Of a stretch of 64,000 bases of DNA, positions 28,424 through 38,166 are shown one piece after another (positions within the stretch are counted from its first letter, which is position 1; every line of letters begins with the position of its first letter). The DNA is taken from positions 56,610 through 120,609 of the forward strand of contig CAZKVV010000003.1 of assembly GCA_964556485.1 (NCBI GenBank), read 5' to 3'. This stretch comes from an uncultured Pseudomonadales bacterium. GTDB taxonomy: Bacteria; Patescibacteriota; Microgenomatia; UBA1400; PJMF01. The position numbers and the translations under genes were made by a program. The notes under the pieces are model-generated. The model did no database searches. It had not been told where the DNA came from and saw only the letters and a list, made by a program, of their open reading frames with translations.

Positions 28424-29632
28424 ATGCGAGAACATCCAATTCCACAAGACATTACGGGATACCGCTTCCACATTATTGGGAGTATGACTCTCAAGCAATT
28501 TGTGGAGATTTCAATTGGTGTAGTCATTGGCGGCATCATTTATTCAACCAACCTTCCCGCAGTAATCAAGTTTCCGCTCATTCTATTTTCCGTTGCACTC
28601 GGAGGTATGGCTGCTTTTCTACCAATTGAAGACAGGCCGCTTGATCACTGGATCATCACTTTTTTTAGGGTGATGTACAACCCAACTCAATTTTTTTGGA
28701 GACGTGAGCCCAACATTCCCGACTGTTTTAACTTTACTCCCAACGCTCAAACCATGATTCATGAACCAGAAATTGATCTAGGCCCTGCAAAAAAACAACG
28801 TATCCGTGAGTATATGACCTCCGTACCAAATACAGTCGATCCTTTTGCACTCGATGCTTCCGAAAACTCTCGTATTTCATCAATCATGAGTAGTTTTTCA
28901 AGCACTGAGGTGACCTCAGTACAAGTAACACCAACAAAACTTCCTCAACATATATCCGAGAAACCACAACTTGGCGTACGCGTGAGAAGTCTTCGCGCAA
29001 AAGCAAAAGAGAATGTGGTCTTTATAGCTGAAGATGTAGAAATGACAACTACACACGTGCCTACTGGACCACGAATTATTGAGGAAACAGTTAATGGCGT
29101 TGAGACTAATCTTGCCACTCAATATCTCGAAAGAGAACAACTTACTAAGCAATCTCAAAACGTGTCGGAAGTTGCTGGGAATATTGCAATTCCTGCTCTA
29201 GAAGAAATTCATGTTGTTCCCCAAGCAGAAGATGGGACGGTCGCGCCTGCTATCGACACAACCACACAACAAATGATTTTTGATAATTCTCAAGGAATGG
29301 CAATTAGTGAGGGAATAGCCTCAGAAGAAGCGGGTTTTAACACTTCACTACCATTTCCAGAACCTCCAAGTGAACCAAATAAATTAGTGGGCATGGTACT
29401 CAGTCCAACTAATGAATTAATCGTCAATGCTATTGTTGAAATTCAAACACCAACTGGTGCCGTTGCAAGGGCTGTAAAAACCAACACACTTGGTCAATTT
29501 TTCATCACCACTCCTCTCGAGGATGGAGACTATAATTTAGTTGTTGAAAAAGATGGGTACCAGTTTAGCAACCAACATATACAAATAACCGGAGAAATTG
29601 TTCAACCAATAGAAATAAGAAGTCTTGGTTGA
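28424..29632 (+). CDS. two-TM protein (VirB3/PrgI-like candidate) fused to a CarboxypepD_reg-like beta-sandwich domain
   Basis: N-terminal 2-TM hairpin (FVEISIGVVIGGIIY ... PLILFSVALGGMAAFL). C-terminal GMVLSPTNELIVNAIVEIQTPTGAV...GDYNLVVEKDGYQ. Confidence 0.4.
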   Translation: MREHPIPQDITGYRFHIIGSMTLKQFVEISIGVVIGGIIYSTNLPAVIKFPLILFSVALGGMAAFLPIEDRPLDHWIITFFRVMYNPTQFFWRREPNIPDCFNFTPNAQTMIHEPEIDLGPAKKQRIREYMTSVPNTVDPFALDASENSRISSIMSSFSSTEVTSVQVTPTKLPQHISEKPQLGVRVRSLRAKAKENVVFIAEDVEMTTTHVPTGPRIIEETVNGVETNLATQYLEREQLTKQSQNVSEVAGNIAIPALEEIHVVPQAEDGTVAPAIDTTTQQMIFDNSQGMAISEGIASEEAGFNTSLPFPEPPSEPNKLVGMVLSPTNELIVNAIVEIQTPTGAVARAVKTNTLGQFFITTPLEDGDYNLVVEKDGYQFSNQHIQITGEIVQPIEIRSLG

Positions 29633-29665
29633 GACAGTAATAGAAACCAGCTAAGATACTACATA

Positions 29666-31051
29666 ATGAATGAAACCGTTATTCACTCCACTACTCAAAA
29701 ATTTCTCGATATTTTTGATATTACCAATAATTTAGTGATTCTCAAAGACGGTACTACTTCATTAATTATTCAAGTTGATGCTATGAACTTTGGCTTATTA
29801 GCCGAAGAAGAACAAGATAGCATCATGTATGCCTATGCCGGGTTGCTAAACTCACTTAACTACCCGATCCAAATCATCGTACATTCTCAAACCAAAGATG
29901 TAACTGGTTATCTGAGTATCCTAAAGGATCAAGAAGACACTGCCACCAGTAGAGAAAAACAGCAAAGAATTCGCCGCTATCGTGAATTTGTGAGTAATCT
30001 TATTAAAGAACGCAATGTTTTGGATAAAAAATTTTACGTTACCATTTCTGCAACACCTCTCGAGCTTGGTATGATTGCTCCACAGAGTTTTATCCCGGGA
30101 AAAAGTGAAATTAAAATCACTGGTGAAGAGCGCACGGCTGTTATTGAAAAAGCACGTTATATTCTCGAACCAAAACGAGATCATTTACTCGCACAATTTT
30201 CTCGAATTGGACTGTTTTCTCGACAGTTAACCACTCAAGAAATGATTCAGTATTTTTATATTAGTTACAACCCCGAGGCTGCAGAAGGGCAGCAAATCGC
30301 CGATACTAATAATTACACAACACCCATGGTTACGGCAGGTGTTGAAGGAATGTCCTCTATGAACGCAACACAAATTCCAACCCCTATATCACAGGTTGCA
30401 GCAACTGCACCAGCTGAAACTCAAGCAGTAGTACAACCGACAACTCCTGTTGTCGCACCAACGCCAGCAATAGAGCAAGTGGCCGTAGCAGCGCCACCAG
30501 TCCAAGAAGCTCAGCCAGTTTATTCTGCAGCACCTGTTGCCCCAGTACCACTTCCTGTTGAAGCACAGCTCGAGCAGGTTCCTCAGCAACTGTTAGAACA
30601 ACAACCAGAACCTGTCATTCAAATTGAAAGAGCTCCTGTAGATGTGGTGGTTCCTCAATCGCAATCGGGTGCGTACACGCCAACAATGATGACTACCCCC
30701 ATTCCTCTTGAAACACCCACTCCAACTTCGGTGTCACCAGAACCTATTGCCGCTATTCACCATACTGAAACAGCAGCCTCAACAGAGCCAACTGTAGATA
30801 TGAGTGTTGCTCTAAGCACCACTCCGACTGAATTGCCAAAACCAACGCTACCAGCGGGAATGACTACGACTCAACCAATTAGCGCTAGTGCTGTTACTCC
30901 GCAAGCGCCTGTAGAAGTTCAAACACAGACACCTGTTCCTCAAGAAGCTACTGCGCAAGATGCCATTAATACAACGTTGGGACAACTTGGGGGAATATCG
31001 GTGACGCCAGATAATTCAAACGCAACACTTCCTCCACTTCCTGAAATTTAG
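29666..31051 (+). CDS. VirB4/TrbE N-terminal-domain-like protein with long Pro/Thr/Ala/Val-rich low-complexity tail
   Basis: N-terminal LVILKDGTTSLIIQVDAMNFGLLAEEEQDSIMYAYAGLLNSLN parallels the extreme N-terminus of TrbE/VirB4 (LNKDGSF...RGPDL...E...LNNALRRL). Followed by about 230 aa of PTAV-rich sequence. Confidence 0.45.
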   Translation: MNETVIHSTTQKFLDIFDITNNLVILKDGTTSLIIQVDAMNFGLLAEEEQDSIMYAYAGLLNSLNYPIQIIVHSQTKDVTGYLSILKDQEDTATSREKQQRIRRYREFVSNLIKERNVLDKKFYVTISATPLELGMIAPQSFIPGKSEIKITGEERTAVIEKARYILEPKRDHLLAQFSRIGLFSRQLTTQEMIQYFYISYNPEAAEGQQIADTNNYTTPMVTAGVEGMSSMNATQIPTPISQVAATAPAETQAVVQPTTPVVAPTPAIEQVAVAAPPVQEAQPVYSAAPVAPVPLPVEAQLEQVPQQLLEQQPEPVIQIERAPVDVVVPQSQSGAYTPTMMTTPIPLETPTPTSVSPEPIAAIHHTETAASTEPTVDMSVALSTTPTELPKPTLPAGMTTTQPISASAVTPQAPVEVQTQTPVPQEATAQDAINTTLGQLGGISVTPDNSNATLPPLPEI

Positions 31052-31065
31052 TAGAATGAAAAGTA

Positions 31066-33072
31066 ATGCCTAGCTTGCTTAGTTCACTACCTCTTCCTTT
31101 CGGTAAAAAGAAAACCGATACTATTGTGGTAACTCCAGAGCAGCAAAAAGAACAAGTTGAGTTGGAAAAACTCAAGCAATTTTCGCGTGGCTTGGTTACA
31201 ATTCAAGACATCATTGCTCCGGAAGCCATTGAGGTCGACTTCACCTTTCAAAAAATCAACGACACCTATTCAAGAACGCTCTTTGTTTCCGGCTATCCTC
31301 GCTCGGTGCCAGCCAACTGGTTGTCCCCGCTCATCAACTTCCCACATCAACTAAGCGTGTCAATGTTTGTCTATCCTGTTGATTCTGGTGAAATTCTCGA
31401 CAACCTCAAACGTAAAATCACTGAAATGGAGGCTGAAATTCAGTCTGACCTCCGGGCTGGAAAAATCAGTAATATTAATACTGAAGTGAAGCTCGAGGAT
31501 GCTCGGTTTATTCGAGAAGAACTCGCTAAAGGCTCGGAGCGCTTCTTCCAATTTGGTCTCTACGTTACGATTACAGCAAATGACAAAGATGAACTCGATC
31601 GCGTTACCAAGAGTATTCAATCAACACTTGGAGCCATGTTGATTGTTTCTAAAAAAGCCACTCTCCAGATGGACGATGGCTTCAAAACAACCCTTCCTAT
31701 GGGCGTAGACAAGTTGATGGTGACGCGAAACATGGACACCACTTCTTTAGCAACCACGTTCCCATTCACTTCCAGTGAACTCACTATGGAAACGGGTATT
31801 ATGTACGGCATTAACGAACATAATGATTCTTTAGTTATCTTCGACCGTTTTAAAATGGAAAATGCCAATATGGTGATCTTTGCTAAGTCTGGTGCGGGTA
31901 AATCCTACACGGTGAAGTTAGAAATCTTGCGCCAACTAATGTTTGGGGCTGAAGTCATCGTGCTCGATCCAGAACATGAGTACGAAGATCTATCTCAGGC
32001 GGTTAGTGGCGAGTATATAAATTTCACCTTCAGTTCTTCAGCAAAAATTAACCCTTTCGATCTCTCCAACCTCTATGAAGAAGGCGAAAACGAGTTGGGT
32101 CAAAAAATTATTTCAATTCATGGACTGCTTAAAGTGATGTTGGGCGAAATGACCGCACAACAAGATGCAATGCTCGACCGAGCTCTAGTTGCAGCGTACA
32201 AGGCTAAAGGCATCACTCCCGATCCAGCCACCCAAACCAACGAGCCGCCACTCATGGAGGATGTGTATAAAGCCTTAATTGGTATGGAAGATCAAGAATC
32301 AAATGACATCGCTGCCCGGTTAGAAAAATATATTACTGGTTCATTCAGGGGTATTTTTGACCAAAAATCAAATGTAAGCTTTAATAATCAATTGACTGTT
32401 TTTTCTGTGAAAGAAATGGAAGAGGCAATGCGACCAATTGCTATGTATATGATTCTAGATTTCATCTGGACCCGTGTTAAAAAAGACCTCAAAAAGCGTT
32501 TGCTCATTGTTGATGAGGCTTGGTACTTTATGAAGCATCCTGATTCAGCTTCATTTATTCACTCAATGGTTAAACGTGCACGTAAATACTATTTAGGAAT
32601 TACCACCATCACTCAAGATGTAGAAGACTTTTTGCATAATGATTACGGCAGAGCAATTGTTACAAACGCCTCGATCCAATTTTTGATGAAGCAATCTACT
32701 GCTTCAGTGCCAATTCTGGCAGAAACATTCTATCTTTCTCAAGGTGAGCGCCAGCTTCTCGTCACAGCAGATGTGGGTGAGGGCATTTTCTTTGCTGGCC
32801 AAAATCATGTAGCTCTTCGTGTTGTTGCCTCTGACGAAGAACATCAACTTATTACTACCAATCCTGAAGAAGTGTTTAAGCGTCAACAATTAATCAAAGC
32901 TCAAGCTGCCGCAGAGGCTGCACCTCAACAATCAACCCGCCCACAACCTTCAGCTGCCACCAGAGCACCCCAAACACAGCAGGTGCTGCAACAAAAAATG
33001 CAGCCAACTACTGACACCAGTTTGCCAAAACAACTCAATACCATTAATGACTACATTCCGCCTGAAAACTAA
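31066..33072 (+). CDS. virB4: T4SS ATPase, VirB4/TrbE/TraE family (lacks the usual N-terminal about 170 aa, which appear to be on the preceding ORF)
   Basis: CagE_TrbE_VirB-like block (YSRTLFVSGYPRSVPANWLSPL). Walker A FAKSGAGKSYTVK. Walker B LLIVDEAWYFM. ITTITQD sensor. Confidence 0.75.
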   Translation: MPSLLSSLPLPFGKKKTDTIVVTPEQQKEQVELEKLKQFSRGLVTIQDIIAPEAIEVDFTFQKINDTYSRTLFVSGYPRSVPANWLSPLINFPHQLSVSMFVYPVDSGEILDNLKRKITEMEAEIQSDLRAGKISNINTEVKLEDARFIREELAKGSERFFQFGLYVTITANDKDELDRVTKSIQSTLGAMLIVSKKATLQMDDGFKTTLPMGVDKLMVTRNMDTTSLATTFPFTSSELTMETGIMYGINEHNDSLVIFDRFKMENANMVIFAKSGAGKSYTVKLEILRQLMFGAEVIVLDPEHEYEDLSQAVSGEYINFTFSSSAKINPFDLSNLYEEGENELGQKIISIHGLLKVMLGEMTAQQDAMLDRALVAAYKAKGITPDPATQTNEPPLMEDVYKALIGMEDQESNDIAARLEKYITGSFRGIFDQKSNVSFNNQLTVFSVKEMEEAMRPIAMYMILDFIWTRVKKDLKKRLLIVDEAWYFMKHPDSASFIHSMVKRARKYYLGITTITQDVEDFLHNDYGRAIVTNASIQFLMKQSTASVPILAETFYLSQGERQLLVTADVGEGIFFAGQNHVALRVVASDEEHQLITTNPEEVFKRQQLIKAQAAAEAAPQQSTRPQPSAATRAPQTQQVLQQKMQPTTDTSLPKQLNTINDYIPPEN

Positions 33073-33189
33073 AATCTAACTCCTATCTTTCAAGCTATTC
33101 TTCCCCTTGCATTGTGTGGAAAACTTTGTGTATAAAGAACTCGAACTACTCTGCCCCCACACTATTGTTTCAGATAAGAATATGACTCT

Positions 33190-34788
33190 ATGACACAAGC
33201 TCACAGTATTACTTTTGCACAAGTACGGCAAATTTGGAAACAAGCCTGTGCTGAACTCCAGCTCCAACTTTCTCCGGCGGTATACAGCACTTGGATTGTC
33301 TCCAATCCTTTAACCCAGCTCACTTACTTGAATGAAACTGAAGCTCTCGCAACAATTACCAGCCCAACGGCGTTCCATTCCACAAATCTCAAAAAGAACT
33401 TACATTTACAGCTTAAGCAAGCCTTAGACAAGCATACGAGCCGAAACTGTAACATCGAGTATAAAATTGGTGATCCAGCTCATGCCTCAAATCAAGCTGC
33501 CGAGCAGCAAGGCTTCTCGCCCATGTCAGCCCAATTAAAACCTGAGCCACCCTCTTTTGACAATTTTTCACCGCCAAACAATCAATTTCAGCAGCAGGCG
33601 GGGATGTATCAACAACAATCAAACACGTATCAGCAGCAGCCTCAGCAATCGGGAAATAGTAACTACAACCAGGGACAATCTCCTAGAGTAGATGAATTAT
33701 TTTCAGAATCTGCGCTTTCAAGCGTCGCGACTGATCGTCTTGGGGCAATTGCTCGAAGAGTAGGCCTTCGTACCGATTACACTTTTGAAACCTTCGCAGT
33801 CTCAACCACTAATGAAATGGCGCATGCAGCAGCTACTGCTGTCTCTCACAGGCCTGGAGAAGCCTACAATCCCTTGTTCTTTTATGGTGGTGTTGGTGTG
33901 GGAAAAACTCATTTAATGCACGCCATTGGCAATAATATTTTACGGAACAACCCAAACTCTAAAATTATTTACTCGACTGGTGAAGAATTCACAAATGAAA
34001 TTGTTGATGCCATTCGAACAAAAAAAGCGGTCGATTTTAAATCAAAGTTCCGTTCGGCAGACGTATTATTGATTGATGATATTCAGTTTATTGCTGGTAA
34101 AAATGCGGTCCAGGAAGAATTTTTTCACACCTTCAATGCGCTTATTAAACAACTTCGCCAGGTTATTTTAACTTCTGACAGACCTCCTCACGAAATTACG
34201 CTACTTGAGGATAGACTAAGGTCTCGTTTCGAAGCAGGTCTCATGATTGATATCGGCCAGCCTTCCTTTGAACTCAGAACTGCCATCTTACTAGTCAAGG
34301 CCAAGGCAGCAAAACTTCCGATTACCATGGAAATTGCCAAAACGATTGCTTCTCAAGTAGAAAGCGCCCGTAAAATAGAGGGGATTATCACCAGCATCAG
34401 ATCTGAGGTAGAATTGAAAGGTAAGTCAATCACACCTCAGCTCATTCAAGATCTGCTGCAGGTAGAGATTGTAGAAAAGCGACCACCTATTAGAGTGACG
34501 CCTTCAGAAATAATTAGAACTGTAGCAAACCACTACAAACTAAAGCAAACAGCCATTAAAGGCACAAGAAGATCAAAATCACTAGTAACCGCGCGACATA
34601 TTGCGATGTATCTACTAAAAGAAGATTTGTCATTACCGCTAACTGAAATTGGAAAATGGTTCTCAGGAAGAGATCACACGAGCGTTTTGCATGCAGTGAA
34701 TAAGATTGACAAAGAACAGTCTATAGATGAACAGTTGCAGCAAGACATCTCTGCGCTTCGGATGACCTTAACAGCCATCTCGAGGTAA
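33190..34788 (+). CDS. dnaA: chromosomal replication initiator DnaA
   Basis: Q-rich N-terminal region. AAA+ Walker A GGVGVGKTHLMHAIGN. LIDDIQFIAGK. Domain IV RHIAMYLLKEDLSLPLTEIGKWFSGRDHTSVLHAVNKI. Confidence 0.9.
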   Translation: MTQAHSITFAQVRQIWKQACAELQLQLSPAVYSTWIVSNPLTQLTYLNETEALATITSPTAFHSTNLKKNLHLQLKQALDKHTSRNCNIEYKIGDPAHASNQAAEQQGFSPMSAQLKPEPPSFDNFSPPNNQFQQQAGMYQQQSNTYQQQPQQSGNSNYNQGQSPRVDELFSESALSSVATDRLGAIARRVGLRTDYTFETFAVSTTNEMAHAAATAVSHRPGEAYNPLFFYGGVGVGKTHLMHAIGNNILRNNPNSKIIYSTGEEFTNEIVDAIRTKKAVDFKSKFRSADVLLIDDIQFIAGKNAVQEEFFHTFNALIKQLRQVILTSDRPPHEITLLEDRLRSRFEAGLMIDIGQPSFELRTAILLVKAKAAKLPITMEIAKTIASQVESARKIEGIITSIRSEVELKGKSITPQLIQDLLQVEIVEKRPPIRVTPSEIIRTVANHYKLKQTAIKGTRRSKSLVTARHIAMYLLKEDLSLPLTEIGKWFSGRDHTSVLHAVNKIDKEQSIDEQLQQDISALRMTLTAISR

Positions 34789-35060
34789 AGCAGTTATCCA
34801 CAGTTGTGGATAAATATGAGGAAAAGTGAGTGCATCGACTGTGAATTACTGTGAATAAAAAATGCCATTGTGTACAAGTGCCTGAAAGTTTTAAGCTCCG
34901 TCCACAGTAGTGTCGCATATTTCTTCACATCGGCTTAAGGCTTGTATACACAGACAATTAACATCGTTTAACTTGATTAAAAAGAGGTATTTATCCCCGA
35001 TTTTGTAACTACCTACTACTACAACAACAAGATATATATAGAATATATAGAGAGCGCCAC
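34789..35060. other. oriC candidate (DnaA-box cluster plus AT-rich unwinding region) between dnaA and dnaN
   Basis: Perfect TTATCCACA (34794-34802) and TGTGGATAA (34805-34813) as an inverted pair. Near-boxes TGTGAATTA (34840-34848), TGTGAATAA (34850-34858), TTATCCCC (34991-34998). AT-rich ATATATAGAATATATAG at 35026-35046. Confidence 0.65.
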
Positions 35061-36170
35061 ATGAAACTACATATCTTACAAGAAAACTTAGTATTGGGTT
35101 TATCCCACGTAGCGAAAGCGATTCCTTCGAATCCACAGTTACCGATTCTTTCGGCAGTGCTGTTGGAAGTGACAGATACTGCATGTACCCTTTCAGCAAC
35201 AGATTTATATTTTGGCGTTAAAGTGCAACTACAAGCATCTGTTAAAGAAGCGGGTACTGTTGCTATTCCGGGAAAACAGTTTAAAGAGCTTATTTCTTCT
35301 CTACCTCCAGGAAAGCTTGAACTAGTATTTGAAAACGGCACATTGCATATTGTTTCCGAGCGATCTAAAACAAGACTCCAGTGTCCTGCTTCGGAAGAAT
35401 ATCCACAGTTTCCTCTAGTAACCGGCATTAAAGTTAAGTTCGCCACCAGTGAATTTGAAACAATCGATCAATTGGTAAGCTTCTCTGCCTCGACAGACCA
35501 AGCTCGGCCGGTGTTGACAGCGGTGTTGTTAGATGCTGGTGAAACAGGCTTCAAAGCGGTAGCAACAGATGGTTTTAGGTTAAGTGTATATGAGCTGGTG
35601 AAAACGAGTACTACATTGCCTGCAAAGCTACTTATCCAAGCAAAGGCGTTGCAAGAAGTTACCCGTATTGCTAAGAGCGTTGGTGCAGTAGAAGTTTCAT
35701 TTATAGTTTCTGAAGAATTGAAGCAAGTATATTTCTCTCTTTCTGAAGTCGAAGTCTATGTTCGTTTGCTCGATGGAGAGTTCCCTCCATATCAAAAAAT
35801 AGTTCCATCTGTTTTTACCACAGAAGTCTGGCTGGATGGCGCTGAACTAGAAGATCAAATCAAGCGAGCAAATATTTTTGCTAGAGATGCCTCGAACATT
35901 ATTAAATTAGAAGTTGCTGCAGATAAAGTTACACTTTCAGCAACTTCGCCGACACTAGGAACCTTTAGTGGCGACATCCAGTCTGCAGTTGTCACCGGCA
36001 ACCCTTTAGAAATCGCCTTCAATACTAAATATGTACTCGATATTTTAAAGGCAACGGGTAAAGGTAAAACTTGGTTGGGAATGAGTGACAGTTTAAAACC
36101 AGTACTTTGTAAGGCTGAAGATGCGCCCCAAGCCTATTACGTTATCATGCCATTTAAAGTCACTAAATAG
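35061..36170 (+). CDS. dnaN: DNA polymerase III beta sliding clamp
   Basis: 369 aa, MKLHILQENLVLGLSHVAKAI, three-domain length. Canonical position after dnaA. Confidence 0.85.
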   Translation: MKLHILQENLVLGLSHVAKAIPSNPQLPILSAVLLEVTDTACTLSATDLYFGVKVQLQASVKEAGTVAIPGKQFKELISSLPPGKLELVFENGTLHIVSERSKTRLQCPASEEYPQFPLVTGIKVKFATSEFETIDQLVSFSASTDQARPVLTAVLLDAGETGFKAVATDGFRLSVYELVKTSTTLPAKLLIQAKALQEVTRIAKSVGAVEVSFIVSEELKQVYFSLSEVEVYVRLLDGEFPPYQKIVPSVFTTEVWLDGAELEDQIKRANIFARDASNIIKLEVAADKVTLSATSPTLGTFSGDIQSAVVTGNPLEIAFNTKYVLDILKATGKGKTWLGMSDSLKPVLCKAEDAPQAYYVIMPFKVTK

Positions 36171-36210
36171 GCTGTTCTCAAATCAAGAACTGCTGGTATA
36201 ATGACCCCCT

Positions 36211-36360
36211 ATGCCAAAACGAACATGGAATCCTAAAAAAGGCAAACGACTTCGCAAACACGGTTTTCTTAAAAGACTGAGCTCTATTGGTGGGCTTAAC
36301 GTTCTTAAGAGAAGACGTGCAAAAGGACGTTCTCGTCTTGCAGTTGCTAAGAAAAAATAA
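36211..36360 (+). CDS. rpmH: 50S ribosomal protein L34
   Basis: Not in the ORF track (49 aa). Hand-translated as [49 protein letters not shown]. Confidence 0.8.
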   Translation: MPKRTWNPKKGKRLRKHGFLKRLSSIGGLNVLKRRRAKGRSRLAVAKKK

Positions 36361-36368
36361 CACTAATC

Positions 36369-36704
36369 ATGCTGCCAAAGCAGTATTCTTTTGTACTACG
36401 TCAAGATAGGAGCTTTTTTCAGAAGGCTCGTAGGTCTTTTTCGTCACATTTCACTTTTTTCTTTCAAGATGTCACTAGTCACACTTCTCAAGTAATTGTA
36501 CTTGTTTCTAAAAAGGTATCTACAAAAGCAACAACGAGAAATGCATTGAAGAGAATGGTATACAGTACTCTCGAACCTCTTATTGAGGAACAAGGAAAAC
36601 ACCTGAAAGTTGTGGTGGTACCAAAAGCAAGCGCTCTACACCTTCAAAAAACAGCGATGCAGGCAGAACTCTCGGAGTGGTATCACAAACAAACGATGGC
36701 TTAA
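36369..36704 (+). CDS. rnpA: RNase P protein component
   Basis: 111 aa basic protein (KKVSTKATTRNALKRMVYS) immediately after rpmH. Confidence 0.75.
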   Translation: MLPKQYSFVLRQDRSFFQKARRSFSSHFTFFFQDVTSHTSQVIVLVSKKVSTKATTRNALKRMVYSTLEPLIEEQGKHLKVVVVPKASALHLQKTAMQAELSEWYHKQTMA

Positions 36705-36707
36705 AAT

Positions 36708-36914
36708 ATGAAAAACGCTGGATACAGACTGACATTTCTACTCTATCAAATAGTTAGAAGTTTTAGATATAGTATGCTATCAAGTGTTTTTGGGAATGTT
36801 TCTCACTGCAAACATTCGCCAAGTTGCGGAACCTACACAATTAGAGCAGTGCAAAAAGATGGATTAGCAAAAGGATTACTTAAAGGAGCCTGGCGAGTTG
36901 CTCGCTGTTGGTAA
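36708..36914 (+). CDS. yidD: membrane protein insertion efficiency factor YidD
   Basis: 68 aa with HCKHSPSCGTY...VARCW (YidD CxxxxSCxxY...RC motif). Confidence 0.75.
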   Translation: MKNAGYRLTFLLYQIVRSFRYSMLSSVFGNVSHCKHSPSCGTYTIRAVQKDGLAKGLLKGAWRVARCW

Positions 36915-36922
36915 AATTAGTT

Positions 36923-37678
36923 ATGCAGATGTTCACCGATATATTTATTCAGTTATTAACTTTTCTCAATCAGGTTACAGGTAGTTTGGGTTTAGCCATT
37001 ATTGTCTTTACCTTTTTAATTCGCGCTGCTCTAGTACCTGTTTCTCTCCCCTCTCTCAAAGCTGCTCACAAAATGAAAACTTTGCAGCCTGAAATTAAAA
37101 AACTCAAGCAAAAGCATGGAAAAGACACAAAAGCATTCCAGCAAGCTCAGCTCGATCTTTACAAAAAATATAATGTTAATCCCCTAGCAGGATGTATTCC
37201 TCAATTAGCACAGCTCGCAGTTCTTATTTTCTTATACCAAGCACTTATGAAGTTTCTAAAAGGTGCTGAAGGCGGCATCTCAACAGACTTTCTTTGGTTC
37301 AACTTAAGTCATCCAGATAAAACATATATACTTCCGGTGTTAGCAGGTCTTAGTCAATTGGTGCTTTCTGTCATGATCGCACCCGGCGCGGAAAAGAAGG
37401 ATGAAGTTCCAAACGACAGTAAAAGAAAAAAAGTGCAAAAAGAAAATGAAAAAGAAGAGGATATGGCTGAAATGGCTCAATCAATGCAGCAACAGATGCT
37501 GTTCATTATGCCAATCATGACTGGTATTTTTGCCTTAAATTTCCCTGCAGGCATGGCTATGTACTGGGTTATCACCACTCTCTTTAGTATTGGTCAACAG
37601 TATTACGTTTCTGGCTGGGGTGGCTTAGTCACCTACACTAAGCGAGTAATCACATTAGTACGAGTAAAAAAACAGTAG
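36923..37678 (+). CDS. yidC: membrane insertase YidC/Oxa1 (short Gram-positive type)
   Basis: ATG at 36923 (ORF-track TTG start at 36908). LAIIVFTFLIRAALVP, QPEIKKLKQKHGKD, YKKYNVNPLAGCIPQL. Confidence 0.8.
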   Translation: MQMFTDIFIQLLTFLNQVTGSLGLAIIVFTFLIRAALVPVSLPSLKAAHKMKTLQPEIKKLKQKHGKDTKAFQQAQLDLYKKYNVNPLAGCIPQLAQLAVLIFLYQALMKFLKGAEGGISTDFLWFNLSHPDKTYILPVLAGLSQLVLSVMIAPGAEKKDEVPNDSKRKKVQKENEKEEDMAEMAQSMQQQMLFIMPIMTGIFALNFPAGMAMYWVITTLFSIGQQYYVSGWGGLVTYTKRVITLVRVKKQ

Positions 37679-37698
37679 TTTCAATAAAAGGACATCAT

Positions 37699-38163
37699 AT
37701 GACAATCGAAACCTTTTTATCCCAATTAGCAGAACACTGTGGCGTTGCCGCGAGTGATGTTTCTGTAGCAGTAGAAAAAGAAGAAGAATATATTCGTGTA
37801 ATTCTCACCGTTCCAGCCGATGATTCTGGATTATTTATTGGGTATCATGGCGAGACACTCGATTCTGTGCAAAGAATGGTAAGAATCATTTTTCAACAAG
37901 AATATCCAGATCACAAAATCATGGTTAATGTGAATGAATATCGAGAACAACGAGAGGAAAAGTTGCGAGAAATCACCCAATCGGTAGCGTTGCGCGTGTT
38001 GGAAAGCGGCGTGCCATATACGTTTAATTCCTTTTTCCCAGCTCACGAGCGGTTTGTCATTCACTCATTTTTATCTTCAAATGAAGCATTTTCTGGCTTA
38101 GAGAGTGTATCCGAAGGTGATGGCAAAGACAGAAAACTAACCATTCGATTAAAGACTGAATAA
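37699..38163 (+). CDS. jag: Jag/KhpB RNA-binding protein (KH plus R3H domains)
   Basis: 154 aa. R3H-like FNSFFPAHERFVIHSFL near the C-terminus. Conserved position after yidC. Confidence 0.65.
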   Translation: MTIETFLSQLAEHCGVAASDVSVAVEKEEEYIRVILTVPADDSGLFIGYHGETLDSVQRMVRIIFQQEYPDHKIMVNVNEYREQREEKLREITQSVALRVLESGVPYTFNSFFPAHERFVIHSFLSSNEAFSGLESVSEGDGKDRKLTIRLKTE

Positions 38164-38166
38164 CCT

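Noticed and set aside
7170-33072. Integrative conjugative element interpretation of the T4SS region
   Set aside because: No integrase, relaxase, oriT-like repeat, flanking tRNA or direct repeats were seen. The region abuts the chromosomal origin and housekeeping genes, so it is treated as a chromosomal secretion locus.
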